Of a stretch of 60,315 nt of DNA, positions 36,090-46,400 are shown one piece after another. The stretch spans positions 1 through 60,315 of the forward strand of contig CACHLP010000003.1 of assembly GCA_902580665.1 (NCBI GenBank). The letters run 5' to 3'. How positions within the stretch are numbered: the stretch's first letter is position 1; every line of letters starts with the position of its first letter. Under the pieces are notes generated by a model that saw nothing but the letters and a program-made list of their open reading frames with translations, was not told the DNA's origin and searched no databases. The position numbers and the translations under genes are program-made. The DNA comes from an uncultured Pelagibacteraceae bacterium. Its GTDB lineage: Bacteria; Pseudomonadota; Alphaproteobacteria; Pelagibacterales; AG-422-B15.

Positions 36090-37160
36090 ATGTATGTAGC
36101 TGTTAAAGGTGGTGAAAAAGCAATTGAAAATGCTCATAATTGGCTTTCAGAAATAAGGAGAGGTGATGTTAATGTTCCCAACCTCGAAATTGATCAAATT
36201 AAAGAACAGTTGACATTGTCTGTTGAAAGGGTCATGTCAGAAGGATCATTATATGATACTGATCTAGCAGCTCTCGCCATAAAACAATCAAGAGGTGACC
36301 TTATTGAAGCCATCTTCTTAATCAGGGCCTATCGTACAACTCTACCAAGATTTGGAACATCCCCCCCTATTAAAACAGAAGATATGGTATGCATGAGAAG
36401 AATCTCAGCAACTTATAAAGATATTCCTGGAAAACAAAAATTGGGGCCTACATTTGATTATACACACAGACTTTTAGACTTTAGTTTACTGGCTGAAGGC
36501 AATATACCTAAGGCAGAAAAACGAAAAGTATTAAAGGAAAAAATACCTCACGTACTGAGATTTTTAAATAAAGAAGGCCTTATTCAAAAAGAAAAAAATA
36601 ATAATTATCAGCCAAAAGACATCACAAGAAATCCACTTGAGTTTCCAGCTAATAGAAGTGAGAGGTTACAATCACTTTCTAGAGCCGATGAAGGATTTCT
36701 TCTTGCTTTAGCTTATTCAACTCAAAGAGGCTACGCTAGAAATCATGCTTTTGTAGGTGAATTAAGAATTGGTTATGTAAAAGTTAAGTACAACATTCCA
36801 GAATTAGACATTGAGATCGATATTGCAGAAATAATTGTTACTGAGTGCGAGAGTGTAAATCAATTTCAAGGAAGCAAAAAAACACCCGCACAATTTACAC
36901 GAGGATATGGATTGACATTTGGTCAATTAGAAAGAAAGGCAGTATCAATGGCCCTAGTCGATAGGGCATTAAGGTGGAAAGAAATTGGTGAAGAGTTTGT
37001 CGGAGCTCCTGCTCAGGATGAAGAGTTTGTATTGTCACATTGTGATAATATACAGGCAACTGGGTTTTTGGAACATTTAAAGTTACCCCATTATGTTGAT
37101 TTTCAATCAGAGCTGGAATTGGTTAGAAGAATTCGCAAAGAGTATGAGAAAAACAAATAA
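36090..37160 (+). CDS. phnI: C-P lyase core complex subunit PhnI (nucleosidase/ribosyl transfer component)
   Basis: MYVAVKGGEKAIENAH N-terminus and length (356 aa) are typical of PhnI. Confidence 0.9.
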   Translation: MYVAVKGGEKAIENAHNWLSEIRRGDVNVPNLEIDQIKEQLTLSVERVMSEGSLYDTDLAALAIKQSRGDLIEAIFLIRAYRTTLPRFGTSPPIKTEDMVCMRRISATYKDIPGKQKLGPTFDYTHRLLDFSLLAEGNIPKAEKRKVLKEKIPHVLRFLNKEGLIQKEKNNNYQPKDITRNPLEFPANRSERLQSLSRADEGFLLALAYSTQRGYARNHAFVGELRIGYVKVKYNIPELDIEIDIAEIIVTECESVNQFQGSKKTPAQFTRGYGLTFGQLERKAVSMALVDRALRWKEIGEEFVGAPAQDEEFVLSHCDNIQATGFLEHLKLPHYVDFQSELELVRRIRKEYEKNK

Positions 37161-38034
37161 CGTAATTAAGATTAAAGATTTCAAAGTAGACAAAGGTCTA
37201 CCTTTTGATCAAGAATATAATTTTGCGTATTTAGATGAGAATACAAAAAAAATGATAAGACGTGCAATAATAAAAGCTTTATGTATTCCAGGCTATCAGG
37301 TTCCTTTTGCCTCTAGAGAAATGCCTATGCCATATGGATGGGGAACAGGTGGCGTCCAAGTTACTGCGAGCTGCTTAACAAAAAGAGACACTTTAAAAAT
37401 AATAGATCAGGGAGCTGACGATACTACCAACGCTGTATCAATAAGAAATTTTTTCAAAAAAACTTCAAATATTAAAACTACTGAAATTACTGAAAAAGCA
37501 ACACTGATACAAACTAGACATAGAATTCCTGAAACACCATTAAAAAAGAAACAAATATTTGTTTATCAGGTACCCATCCCTGAACCCTTGGCCTTTCTAG
37601 AACCTAAAGTATCTGAAACAATAAAAATGCACTCTCTTTCCGAATATGGCGCAATGCACGTAAAGCTCTATGAAGATATATCAAAAAATGGGCATATAGA
37701 AACCGCTTACGCTTATCCAGTAAAAACTAATGATCGTTATATAATGGATCCATCCCCAATACCAAAATTTGATAATCCTAAAATGAATAACTCACCAGCG
37801 ATACAGCTATTTGGTGCTGGAAGAGAACAAAGAATTTATGCTATTCCACCATATACAAAAGTTAAAAGTCTCGATTTTGAAGACTACCCATTTGACCCAT
37901 TTAAAGCTGAACACGCGTGTGATATTTGTGGATCAAAGAATACATATTTAGATGAAATTATTGTTGATGATGCGGGAAATAAATCTTTTATTTGCTCAGA
38001 TACAGATTTTTGTAATAAAAGAAAAAATAAATGA
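37144..38034 (+). CDS. phnJ: C-P lyase radical-SAM subunit PhnJ
   Basis: YNFAYLDENTKKMIRRAIIKALCIPGYQVPFASREMPMPYGWGTGG, plus the C-terminal Cys cluster CDICGS..(21)..C..(5)..C. ATG 37144 is preferred over the longer track ORF (37093). Confidence 0.9.
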   Translation: MRKTNNVIKIKDFKVDKGLPFDQEYNFAYLDENTKKMIRRAIIKALCIPGYQVPFASREMPMPYGWGTGGVQVTASCLTKRDTLKIIDQGADDTTNAVSIRNFFKKTSNIKTTEITEKATLIQTRHRIPETPLKKKQIFVYQVPIPEPLAFLEPKVSETIKMHSLSEYGAMHVKLYEDISKNGHIETAYAYPVKTNDRYIMDPSPIPKFDNPKMNNSPAIQLFGAGREQRIYAIPPYTKVKSLDFEDYPFDPFKAEHACDICGSKNTYLDEIIVDDAGNKSFICSDTDFCNKRKNK

Positions 38035-38801
38035 TAATCCCTCTTTTAAAAGTTACAAATTTAAGCAAATCTTATGATAATATTGTTGGATGTAAAAATA
38101 TTTCAATGTCACTATATCCAGGTGAAGTATTGGGCATTGTCGGTGAGTCTGGTTCCGGTAAAACAACCTTAATTAACTGCTTATCCGGCAATCTTGAGCC
38201 TGATAGAGGAAAAATAATTTTCAATATTAACAACAAAGAAACCGACTTTTTAAATATATCAGAGTCAGAGAAAAGAAAATTTATTAGAACAGATTTAGCT
38301 TTTGTTCATCAAAACCCACGTGACGGATTAAGATTAAATGTATCAGCAGGTGGTAATATAGGCGAAAAATTAATGTCTGTTGGCTATAGACATTATGGAA
38401 ATATAAGAAGCTTAGCAACAAAATGGATTAATAAAGTTGAAATAGACAAAAGTAGAATTGATGATCTACCCATTACTTTCTCAGGTGGAATGCTTCAAAG
38501 ACTTCAAATAGCAAAAAATCTAATAACAAGCCCAAATGTTATTTTTATGGATGAACCAACTGGTGGGCTAGATGTTTCAGTTCAAGCTCGTGTTCTTGAT
38601 TTGATAAGATCACTTGTTAATGAGTTGAACCTTACAGTAATTATTGTATCACATGATTTAGCCGTTATCAGATTACTTGCAGATAAAATGATTGTCATGA
38701 AAAACGGTACTGTAATCGAGTCTGGTTTAAGCGATCAGGTACTTGAAGATCCTCAGCAAGAATATACACAGCTATTAGTAAGTTCGGTGTTACACGTTTA
38801 A
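38031..38801 (+). CDS. phnK: C-P lyase system ATP-binding protein PhnK
   Basis: ABC ATPase motifs GESGSGKTT, FSGGMLQR, IFMDEP. Position after phnJ. Confidence 0.9.
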   Translation: MIIPLLKVTNLSKSYDNIVGCKNISMSLYPGEVLGIVGESGSGKTTLINCLSGNLEPDRGKIIFNINNKETDFLNISESEKRKFIRTDLAFVHQNPRDGLRLNVSAGGNIGEKLMSVGYRHYGNIRSLATKWINKVEIDKSRIDDLPITFSGGMLQRLQIAKNLITSPNVIFMDEPTGGLDVSVQARVLDLIRSLVNELNLTVIIVSHDLAVIRLLADKMIVMKNGTVIESGLSDQVLEDPQQEYTQLLVSSVLHV

Positions 38802-38802
38802 T

Positions 38803-39477
38803 ATGATTGAGGTAAAAAAAGTTAATAAATCGTTTACTTTATTTAACCAAAATAACGCGAAGATAACAGTTTTTAAAAATTTAAATTTTGAGGTTAATCC
38901 AGGTGAAATTGTAGCCCTTAAAGGACCATCAGGCATAGGTAAATCAAGTATTTTAAAGATGATTTATGGAAGTTATATAATTGATAAGGGTGCTATAATT
39001 ATAAATAATAAAAATATTGCCACTCTATCGGCTCAGGAAATACTTAAACTTAGAAAAACTTCAATTGGGTATGTGAGCCAATTTTTAAAAGTGATACCCC
39101 GTATTTCTGCTTTAGATGTAATAATGGAACCATTATTAAATTCAGGTGATAATAAAAATAATGCTTATAAAAAATCGATAAAACTTTTAAAGGACTTAAA
39201 TATTGAGAAGAATTTGTGGCACTTATCTCCGCTAACTTTTTCTGGGGGCGAGCAACAGAGAATTAATATCGCACGAGGTTTTATAAAAGACCTTCCTTAC
39301 TTGTTACTCGATGAGCCAACTGCAAGTCTTGACAGTAGAAATCGTGACATAATTATCAATTTAATTAAAGCGAAATCTAATAGAGGCGTATCAATTATTG
39401 GAATCTTTCATGACGAATATTCTCGAAAAAAGTTGAATGTAAGAGAGATTGATCTAAACATTGAAACAAAGCATTAA
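38803..39477 (+). CDS. phnL: C-P lyase system ATP-binding protein PhnL
   Basis: ABC ATPase motifs GPSGIGKSS, FSGGEQQR, LLLDEP. Position after phnK. Confidence 0.85.
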   Translation: MIEVKKVNKSFTLFNQNNAKITVFKNLNFEVNPGEIVALKGPSGIGKSSILKMIYGSYIIDKGAIIINNKNIATLSAQEILKLRKTSIGYVSQFLKVIPRISALDVIMEPLLNSGDNKNNAYKKSIKLLKDLNIEKNLWHLSPLTFSGGEQQRINIARGFIKDLPYLLLDEPTASLDSRNRDIIINLIKAKSNRGVSIIGIFHDEYSRKKLNVREIDLNIETKH

Positions 39478-40012
39478 AAGAAACGGCAAGGCTTTTATCG
39501 TCTTAGGTCCATCAGGATCTGGTAAAAATACCCTTATAAATGGAGCCTGTAAAAATATCGATAATCTAAAGGCGATCAAAAGATACATTACAAGAACTAA
39601 AATAGATATTAATGAAGACTATAACCCTATTGATGAAAAAATATTTACACAAATGAAGAGTGAAAATTTATTTTGTACAACATGGAATGCAAATAATTGC
39701 AATTATGGTATTCACAAAGATGCAATTGACGATCTTAAAGATGGGAAAAACATAATATTTGCTGGATCTAGAGAATATATAAATAATATATTATATGATA
39801 TATCCTCTTCTATCGTTATACACATAAATGCTACTAGCAATTTATTGAGTCAACGAATTTTTGATAGAAAAAGAGAGAACGAATTCGAAATCAACTCTCG
39901 AATAAAAAGAGAAAATTATAATTTACCAACAAGTACAAAATTTGTAGAAAATAATAGCAGTATTAATCAAGGTATTATGAATTTAACTGCATTAATTAAA
40001 AGTTTAATTTAA
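39461..40012 (+). CDS. phnN: Ribose 1,5-bisphosphate phosphokinase PhnN
   Basis: Guanylate-kinase-like P-loop GPSGSGKNTL. 183 aa. Position after phnL. TTG start per the track. Confidence 0.75.
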   Translation: MKQSIKRNGKAFIVLGPSGSGKNTLINGACKNIDNLKAIKRYITRTKIDINEDYNPIDEKIFTQMKSENLFCTTWNANNCNYGIHKDAIDDLKDGKNIIFAGSREYINNILYDISSSIVIHINATSNLLSQRIFDRKRENEFEINSRIKRENYNLPTSTKFVENNSSINQGIMNLTALIKSLI

Positions 40013-40712
40013 ACCTTTTTATTTCCTCAAAATGGCCATTTTTATTTTCACCAAGTAAACTAATTTCATTAAATTCAATTACATTATTTGATATTTTGTA
40101 AATTAATTTTTCTAGTTCTAATTTTTGTTTGTTAGATAATTTATTGTTATTTTGGTTCATTAGCGTCATATGAAATTTAAACTGATCAAAGACGAATGGA
40201 TATCCCCACTCTTTTAAATATTTGTTTTGCTTAATAGTTAAAGAATCAGGGATCCTTTTTTTTATTTCTGTTTTATTTAGCTCTGCCCTAAAAGTATCTA
40301 GATGTTTAACAAGATCATTCTCAAGGTTTATTAATAATTTGTTTGGTTTTCTGCTAGTTATGAAAGTAAATTTTTTACTATAAACAATTTTTAAACCTTG
40401 TATCTTAAATCTACTATGTTGTGCTGCTATATGGCTAATAACATCATAAAAATTTTTTGTTTTAACATTTCTTTTAAGTCTAAATGGTGCCTTTAATGTT
40501 GCGTGAAACCCATACTTTGCAGGCTGTTCACAATAGTCTTTAAGTTCATCAAAGAATGTAAAACCTCTACTAATAAAATATTTTTGACGTCTTGTTAGTG
40601 ATATTTTTTTCTTTTTATTGATATCTCTACCTAAAAGGTTTTTTCCGAAGTTTTCTAAACTCGAGTTTTTTTTAGGCAAAAAGTAAATTGCCACTCTTTT
40701 GTAATTAGTCAT
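39996..40712 (-). CDS. DUF1045 / 2H-phosphoesterase family protein (PhnPP-type cyclic phosphodiesterase candidate)
   Basis: Two H-x-T motifs (FHATLKAPF and FHMTLMNQ) about 110 aa apart. Embedded between phnN and phnM. Confidence 0.7.
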   Translation of the reverse strand: MTNYKRVAIYFLPKKNSSLENFGKNLLGRDINKKKKISLTRRQKYFISRGFTFFDELKDYCEQPAKYGFHATLKAPFRLKRNVKTKNFYDVISHIAAQHSRFKIQGLKIVYSKKFTFITSRKPNKLLINLENDLVKHLDTFRAELNKTEIKKRIPDSLTIKQNKYLKEWGYPFVFDQFKFHMTLMNQNNNKLSNKQKLELEKLIYKISNNVIEFNEISLLGENKNGHFEEIKRFKLNF

Positions 40713-40761
40713 AATACTTTAACAATAATCTAATAAATTAGTAATTTCTTGTTAAATAAAT

Positions 40762-41904
40762 ATGAATGAATTTGTAATAAAAAATGCCCATATTGTTTGT
40801 CCGGACGAATCTTTTATGGGCCATGTTTACATTGCAAACGGTATAATAAAGGATTTAAGTAAAGGAAATTATACAGGAAATTCTGCTTTCGATTTAAACA
40901 AGGATTTCTTAATTCCTGGTTTAATCGAACTTCATACAGATAATATCGAAAGACATTTAACACCCAGGCCAAAAGTAGAATGGCCAATTATAAACGCATT
41001 GCTAGCTCATGATAGAGAATTGTCTTCCGTCGGTATAACCACGGTATTTGATGCACTTAGAGTTGGATCGATACCAAAAGGGAACCTTCAAGGTGAATAT
41101 AAAAAATATGCTAAAGCAACAGCTGACCAAATTTCAACTTTAAAAAAAAATAAACTTTTTAAAATTGACCATTATATTCACTTGCGTGCAGAAACCGCAT
41201 CTGAAACGTTAGCAAGTGAACTTGATGAGTTTGATGAATCAAGCAACGTTAAAATGATAAGCATTATGGACCATACACCGGGACAAAGACAATTTAGAAA
41301 TACAGATAAATATAAGGAATATTTAGCGGGTAAATATCAACTATCTGATGAAGAAATGGAAAATCACTTCTCTAAATTAAAAGCACTGCAGTCAAAAAAT
41401 AGTGAAATACATATAAAGAAAATATCTGAAGCACAAATGAGATTTCAATGTGTTCTTGCGAGTCATGATGACACTACTATAGAAGATGTATTAAGTTCAA
41501 AAAATCTAGGAGTTTCAATAGCAGAATTTCCAACCACAATCGAAGCAGCAAAAGAGTCGCAAAAAGAAGACATGAAAATTATCATGGGTTCGCCAAATTT
41601 AATGAGAGGTGGGTCACATTCTGGAAATATTTCAGCTCAAGAACTCATAGACGAAAATTGCCTTGATATTTTTAGCTCTGACTATATCCCGTCATCCCTA
41701 CTTTCTTCAGCTGTCAAATGGGGTTTAGAGTCCGGTAATATGCCAAAAGCAATTGCCTCTATTTCAAGAAACCCAGCAATAGCTACACAGCTTCTAGACC
41801 GAGGTAGTATACAGTGCGGCATGAAGGCGGACCTAGTTAGTTTCAGTATTTATAACAATTTACCAATAGTAAAAAAAGTATGGGTATCTGGACAAGCGAT
41901 ATAA
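40762..41904 (+). CDS. phnM: Alpha-D-ribose 1-methylphosphonate 5-triphosphate diphosphatase PhnM (amidohydrolase fold)
   Basis: GLIELHTDNIERH metal-binding motif, ..ASHDD.. and ..SDY.P.S. blocks. 380 aa. Confidence 0.85.
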   Translation: MNEFVIKNAHIVCPDESFMGHVYIANGIIKDLSKGNYTGNSAFDLNKDFLIPGLIELHTDNIERHLTPRPKVEWPIINALLAHDRELSSVGITTVFDALRVGSIPKGNLQGEYKKYAKATADQISTLKKNKLFKIDHYIHLRAETASETLASELDEFDESSNVKMISIMDHTPGQRQFRNTDKYKEYLAGKYQLSDEEMENHFSKLKALQSKNSEIHIKKISEAQMRFQCVLASHDDTTIEDVLSSKNLGVSIAEFPTTIEAAKESQKEDMKIIMGSPNLMRGGSHSGNISAQELIDENCLDIFSSDYIPSSLLSSAVKWGLESGNMPKAIASISRNPAIATQLLDRGSIQCGMKADLVSFSIYNNLPIVKKVWVSGQAI

Positions 41905-42543
41905 TTAATCGTAAAATCGAAGAATAAAATATGCAATTAAGAGTCCAATTAATTGCATAAAAATAAACATCAACACGTGCTGTGGATCTATACCGGTAAA
42001 TGTGTTGGTGAATGATCTACTGATCGTGACAGCTGGATTGGCAAATGACGTTGAAGATGTGAACCAATAAGCCCCAGTTATATATAAAGCCACCGCTATT
42101 GCTGGATCTCTTTTTGCCTTTAGTGTGAGCACAATTGTAATTAATAAGCCTATTGTTGCAACCACTTCAGAGACATGAATATTAATTCCTGTTCTTTCTT
42201 TAGTTGAAAATTCAATAAATAAATCATCAAAAATATAATTTGCTAAAATGACTCCAGAAGTGCCACCCACTAGTTGAAAAATGATAAATAATATCATCGT
42301 TACGTTATTAATATCTGATTTAAATCTAAAATAAAGTGTAACAACTGGATTAAAATGAGCTCCAGATATAGGACCAAATATTGATATTATCACGTAAAGC
42401 ATTGCTCCTGTTGCTATTGCATTAGCAAGCAATACAACACCTTCATTTGTAGGAGATAGATTTTCGGCCATTATCCCCGATCCTACTACCGAGAAAACAA
42501 GTAAGAGTGTACCCAGATATTCAGAAAGTATTTTTTTAGGCAT
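41905..42543 (-). CDS. MIP-family channel (aquaglyceroporin, AqpS-like arsenite channel candidate)
   Basis: 212 aa, 6 TM helices. Two NPx boxes, NPVVT and NPAVT. Starts immediately after the arsC stop. Confidence 0.8.
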   Translation of the reverse strand: MPKKILSEYLGTLLLVFSVVGSGIMAENLSPTNEGVVLLANAIATGAMLYVIISIFGPISGAHFNPVVTLYFRFKSDINNVTMILFIIFQLVGGTSGVILANYIFDDLFIEFSTKERTGINIHVSEVVATIGLLITIVLTLKAKRDPAIAVALYITGAYWFTSSTSFANPAVTISRSFTNTFTGIDPQHVLMFIFMQLIGLLIAYFILRFYD

Positions 42544-42972
42544 TTATTTAAGCAAATTTTCTTTTATTAATTGATCAATATAATCAAATGTAGATCTAAA
42601 AAACTTTTTGTGATCGACTTCGTTTAAGTTCTGTTTAACGGGGTCTTCAATATTGAAATGAAATGTTTTTGGAGCACCCGGCCAGATCGGACATGTTTCT
42701 TTAGCGGCATTTCCACACACAGTAACGACATAATCCATAGAGGGAGAGTTGGGCTCACCAAATACGTCCCAACTTTTACTATAGAGTTTCTCAGTCGGTA
42801 TTTTCATATCATCTAATAAATCGAGTGTTTTAGGATTTATTATTCCTGAAGGTGTGCTACCAGCGCTATAGCCTTTCAGACTTTCACTATATTTATAATT
42901 GGTAATTGCCTCAGCTATAATGCTTCTGGCTGAATTTTGCGTACATAAATATAAAACATTTTTAATGCTCAT
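42544..42972 (-). CDS. arsC: Arsenate reductase, LMW-PTP (thioredoxin-coupled) type
   Basis: CX5R P-loop LCTQNSARS, plus a downstream Cys pair in VTVCGNAAKETCP. ATGA overlap with the phoB stop. Confidence 0.85.
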   Translation of the reverse strand: MSIKNVLYLCTQNSARSIIAEAITNYKYSESLKGYSAGSTPSGIINPKTLDLLDDMKIPTEKLYSKSWDVFGEPNSPSMDYVVTVCGNAAKETCPIWPGAPKTFHFNIEDPVKQNLNEVDHKKFFRSTFDYIDQLIKENLLK

Positions 42973-43655
42973 ATACCAAGAGAATATCCAGCAGATCTAA
43001 TTGTTCTAATTGGGTCGTATTCAAATCCTTCGTTTAATGCTTTTCTTAATCTTCTGATATGAACATCAACTGTTCTAGGCTCGACATATGGACTTGTAGT
43101 CCATACATAATCTAATAATTGTTGTCTTGAAAATACTTTACCTTGATTTTCCATTAAAAAACGCAATAAATTAAATTCCGTAGGTCCAAGACTTATTTCT
43201 GTTTTATCCCTGGTGACACGATGCGTTGAAACATCTAATTGAATTCCCTTATAAGTAAGAACTTCATTATAAAAAATAGGTCTTAAGCGTTTAAGTACTG
43301 CTTTAATTCTTGCTACTAACTCATTGACTGAAAATGGTTTTGTTATGTAGTCATCAATTTCAGTTTCAAATGCTCTTAATTTATCTTCTTCTTCTCCTTT
43401 AGCTGTGAGCATAATTAAAGGAATGTTCTTTGTAGTTTTATCTTTACGTACTCGTCTACACAATTCTAACCCAGAAATATTTGGGAGCATCCAGTCAACG
43501 ATTATGAGATCGTATTTAATATCACCAAATATACTATCCAATGCGCTATCGCCATCAAAGCATACGTCTACATCAAATCCACTAGCTGTGAGATTGTATT
43601 TTAATAATTCAACTATTGAGACTTCATCCTCAATTACTAGGATTTTAGGTTTCAT
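42969..43655 (-). CDS. phoB: Phosphate regulon response regulator PhoB
   Basis: Receiver domain (KILVIEDE.. D..MLP) plus an OmpR winged helix. ATG 43655 (MKPKILVIEDE) overlaps the phoU stop by 1 nt. Confidence 0.9.
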   Translation of the reverse strand: MKPKILVIEDEVSIVELLKYNLTASGFDVDVCFDGDSALDSIFGDIKYDLIIVDWMLPNISGLELCRRVRKDKTTKNIPLIMLTAKGEEEDKLRAFETEIDDYITKPFSVNELVARIKAVLKRLRPIFYNEVLTYKGIQLDVSTHRVTRDKTEISLGPTEFNLLRFLMENQGKVFSRQQLLDYVWTTSPYVEPRTVDVHIRRLRKALNEGFEYDPIRTIRSAGYSLGI

Positions 43656-44347
43656 TACACCTTTTCCCACTTAATTCTTTTTTCCGACTTACGTTCTAAG
43701 GCTTGACCAGTTGTAATGAAGTGAATGTCTTCAGCAATATTTTGAACATAATCTCCTATTCTCTCTATGTTTTTAGCAATCGACAATAAGTGTGAACAGC
43801 CTGTAATTGTATCTGGGTCTTCTGCCATCGTCTTAAGAAGATCCCTGTAAATTGATAAATACAATTCATCAATATCGCCGTCTAAATCCCAAGCATTAAT
43901 TGCTAGCGTATCTGATTTTTGAACGAAGGCATCTAAAACATTTTTTATCATTCTTTGAACGTTCTCACCCATATTGACAATTTCTGAAACCGGCGTGTCG
44001 GGCATATTTATTTTTACATTTGCAACTCTTTTAGCAATATTGGTAGCGTGATCACCCATTCTCTCGAGATCGTTTGCAATGCTTAGTGCCGAAAGTACGG
44101 TTCTTAAATCATTAGCAAGCGGTTGCCTCATTGCAATTACTTTGTATGTTAAAGCATCAATTTCCTTTTCTAAGGCATCTATTTTATTATCATCTCTTAA
44201 AATTTCTTCTGCAAAAGCAGTATCTTTATCACCCAAAGCAACAAGAGAATTGTGAAGCTGTGTTTCAACCAATCCTCCCATTTTAATTAATGTACTATTT
44301 ATTAAATCTAATTGCTCATCATAAGATGAAACTATGTGTTCACTCAT
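43655..44347 (-). CDS. phoU: Phosphate signalling complex protein PhoU
   Basis: Two PhoU repeats with E(R/L)(M/I)GDH/Y motifs (DLERMGDHATNIA, NIERIGDYVQNIA). Confidence 0.9.
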   Translation of the reverse strand: MSEHIVSSYDEQLDLINSTLIKMGGLVETQLHNSLVALGDKDTAFAEEILRDDNKIDALEKEIDALTYKVIAMRQPLANDLRTVLSALSIANDLERMGDHATNIAKRVANVKINMPDTPVSEIVNMGENVQRMIKNVLDAFVQKSDTLAINAWDLDGDIDELYLSIYRDLLKTMAEDPDTITGCSHLLSIAKNIERIGDYVQNIAEDIHFITTGQALERKSEKRIKWEKV

Positions 44348-45123
44348 TAACCAAACCTCCCTGTTATATAATCTTGCGTTCTCTGATCTGATGGATTTGA
44401 AAAGATTGTTTCAGTCTTATCAACTTCAACTAATTTACCTAAATGAAAAAAACCTGTCCTTGATGAAACTCTAGCGGCTTGCTGCATCGAGTGCGTGACA
44501 ATAATTATTGTATATTCTGTTTTAAGTTCTCCCATTAATTCTTCAATTCTAGCCGTAGCTATTGGGTCTAAGGCTGAGCAAGGTTCATCCATTAGAATAA
44601 TATCTGGATTTACGGATATAGCTCTTGCAATACACAATCTTTGTTGCTGTCCCCCCGAGAGGCCTGTTCCCGCATCGTTTAATCTATCTTTAACCTCATC
44701 AAAGAGAGCTGCTTTTTTTAGACTGTTAACAACAATTTCTTCTAAATCAGATTTATGTTCTGCAATTCCATGTATTCTTGGGCCATAAGCAACATTTTCA
44801 AAAATAGATTTTGGAAAGGGGTTCGGCTTTTGAAAAACCATACCCACGCGTTCTCTTAGTTGTTCAACTTGCATGTCTGGTGCATAAATATCGTTGCCAT
44901 CGATTTCTATTTTTCCTTGTACTTTGCATATATCAATAACATCGTTCATTCTATTTAAGCATCTAATAAAGGTTGATTTGCCGCATCCTGATGGACCTAT
45001 CAAAGCGGTGACTTGTTTTTCTTCCATGTACATGGACACGTCGAAGAGTGCTTGTTTCTCTCCATAATGAACATTTAAGTTGTGCGCTTTTATTTTTATA
45101 CTTTTCATGTTCTCTTTTACCAT
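44347..45123 (-). CDS. pstB: Phosphate ABC transporter ATP-binding protein PstB
   Basis: [45 protein letters not shown]. Confidence 0.95.
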   Translation of the reverse strand: MVKENMKSIKIKAHNLNVHYGEKQALFDVSMYMEEKQVTALIGPSGCGKSTFIRCLNRMNDVIDICKVQGKIEIDGNDIYAPDMQVEQLRERVGMVFQKPNPFPKSIFENVAYGPRIHGIAEHKSDLEEIVVNSLKKAALFDEVKDRLNDAGTGLSGGQQQRLCIARAISVNPDIILMDEPCSALDPIATARIEELMGELKTEYTIIIVTHSMQQAARVSSRTGFFHLGKLVEVDKTETIFSNPSDQRTQDYITGRFG

Positions 45124-46400
45124 TTTGTTTCAAATTTTCTTCTAATTAATACTGCAGCTAGATTCATTAAAATTAAAAATCCAAGTAACATCATAATTGT
45201 AGCTGAAGTTTTTTCAACATAACCTCTTTCTGCGCTTTCTGACCATAAATAAACCTGAACTGGCAAAGAGGCAGAAGCGTCCAGCGGTGTTTGTGGAACA
45301 TCTACAACAAATGCCACCATACCAATTAATAATAATGGCGCAGTTTCTCCAAGTGCTTGAGCAAGGCCTATAATCGTACCTGTTAATGCACCAGGCATTG
45401 CTACAGGAACTACATGATGCATTACTGCTTGCATTTTGGTTGCTCCGACTGCTAATGCACCTTCTCTTATTGATGGCGGCACTGCCCTTAATGAGGCTCT
45501 AGTTGCAATAATTATTGTTGGTAGGGTCATTAAAGATAAGACTATGCCTCCAACCAGAGGTGTTGACCTTGGCAATCCAAATGTATTTAAAATAATACCA
45601 AGCCCCAATAAGCCAAATACAATAGAAGGTACCGCTGCTAAATTATTAATATTAATTTCAATAAAATCGGTAACTTTATTTTTTGGTGCAAATTCCTCAA
45701 GATAAATAGCTGCAAAAATTCCAATAGGAAAAGACAAAATCAAAACTACCAAAATTGTGAATAAAGAACCTACTATTGAACCTCCTACTCCTGCCAGTTC
45801 AGGTTCTCGGCTGTCACCCCTCATTAAAAATGGTAGATTGAATTCATAGCTGACAAGTCCCCTATCTACAAGGTCATCAAAAAATAAAAGTTGAATATCT
45901 TTAATTCTTCTTTTGTCTTCATCTAAGTCCCTTGGGTAGTTTCCTTTATTAACCTGATCTACATCGTCGGAGGCAGTTAAATATATTGTTTCTGTTTCAT
46001 TTATATTTGACTTATTCGATTTTAAAAATTCTCTTATTTCTTGCTCAAATTCAATACTGAATAATCGTATCAACATTTTCTTATCTTTTTTCTCTTCAAT
46101 ATCTGGAAAAAGTCTATAAATAGCCTTTTTGGAAAAAGAATACATTGACAGGTTGTTAATATCCTCTGAACTCATCTCAGAAAATTGTGTCGTGTCTTCA
46201 ATAAGATTTAAAAAAGGTACATCTACCTGGATAACAGTTCTATAAAATGCTGAATAGCCAGATGAAAATATGTTTAGAAATAAAATAAGCACCCATGCAA
46301 GCGCAAAGCTCATTGCACCAATACAATAAATCCTAAATCTTTTCTCTGAATTGAGCCTTTTATTTAAACTATTTATTCTTTGTTCTATTCTATCAGTCAT
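45117..46400 (-). CDS. pstA: Phosphate ABC transporter permease PstA (long form)
   Basis: 427 aa. C-terminal permease core with the [13 protein letters not shown]-loop. Confidence 0.9.
   Translation of the reverse strand: MTDRIEQRINSLNKRLNSEKRFRIYCIGAMSFALAWVLILFLNIFSSGYSAFYRTVIQVDVPFLNLIEDTTQFSEMSSEDINNLSMYSFSKKAIYRLFPDIEEKKDKKMLIRLFSIEFEQEIREFLKSNKSNINETETIYLTASDDVDQVNKGNYPRDLDEDKRRIKDIQLLFFDDLVDRGLVSYEFNLPFLMRGDSREPELAGVGGSIVGSLFTILVVLILSFPIGIFAAIYLEEFAPKNKVTDFIEININNLAAVPSIVFGLLGLGIILNTFGLPRSTPLVGGIVLSLMTLPTIIIATRASLRAVPPSIREGALAVGATKMQAVMHHVVPVAMPGALTGTIIGLAQALGETAPLLLIGMVAFVVDVPQTPLDASASLPVQVYLWSESAERGYVEKTSATIMMLLGFLILMNLAAVLIRRKFETKW

Noticed and set aside
43656-43670. Longer phoB start (MGKGVMKPK..) overlapping phoU by 16 nt.
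   Set aside because: ATG 43655 gives the canonical receiver N-terminus (MKPKILVIEDE) and a 1-nt TAATG stop/start overlap.
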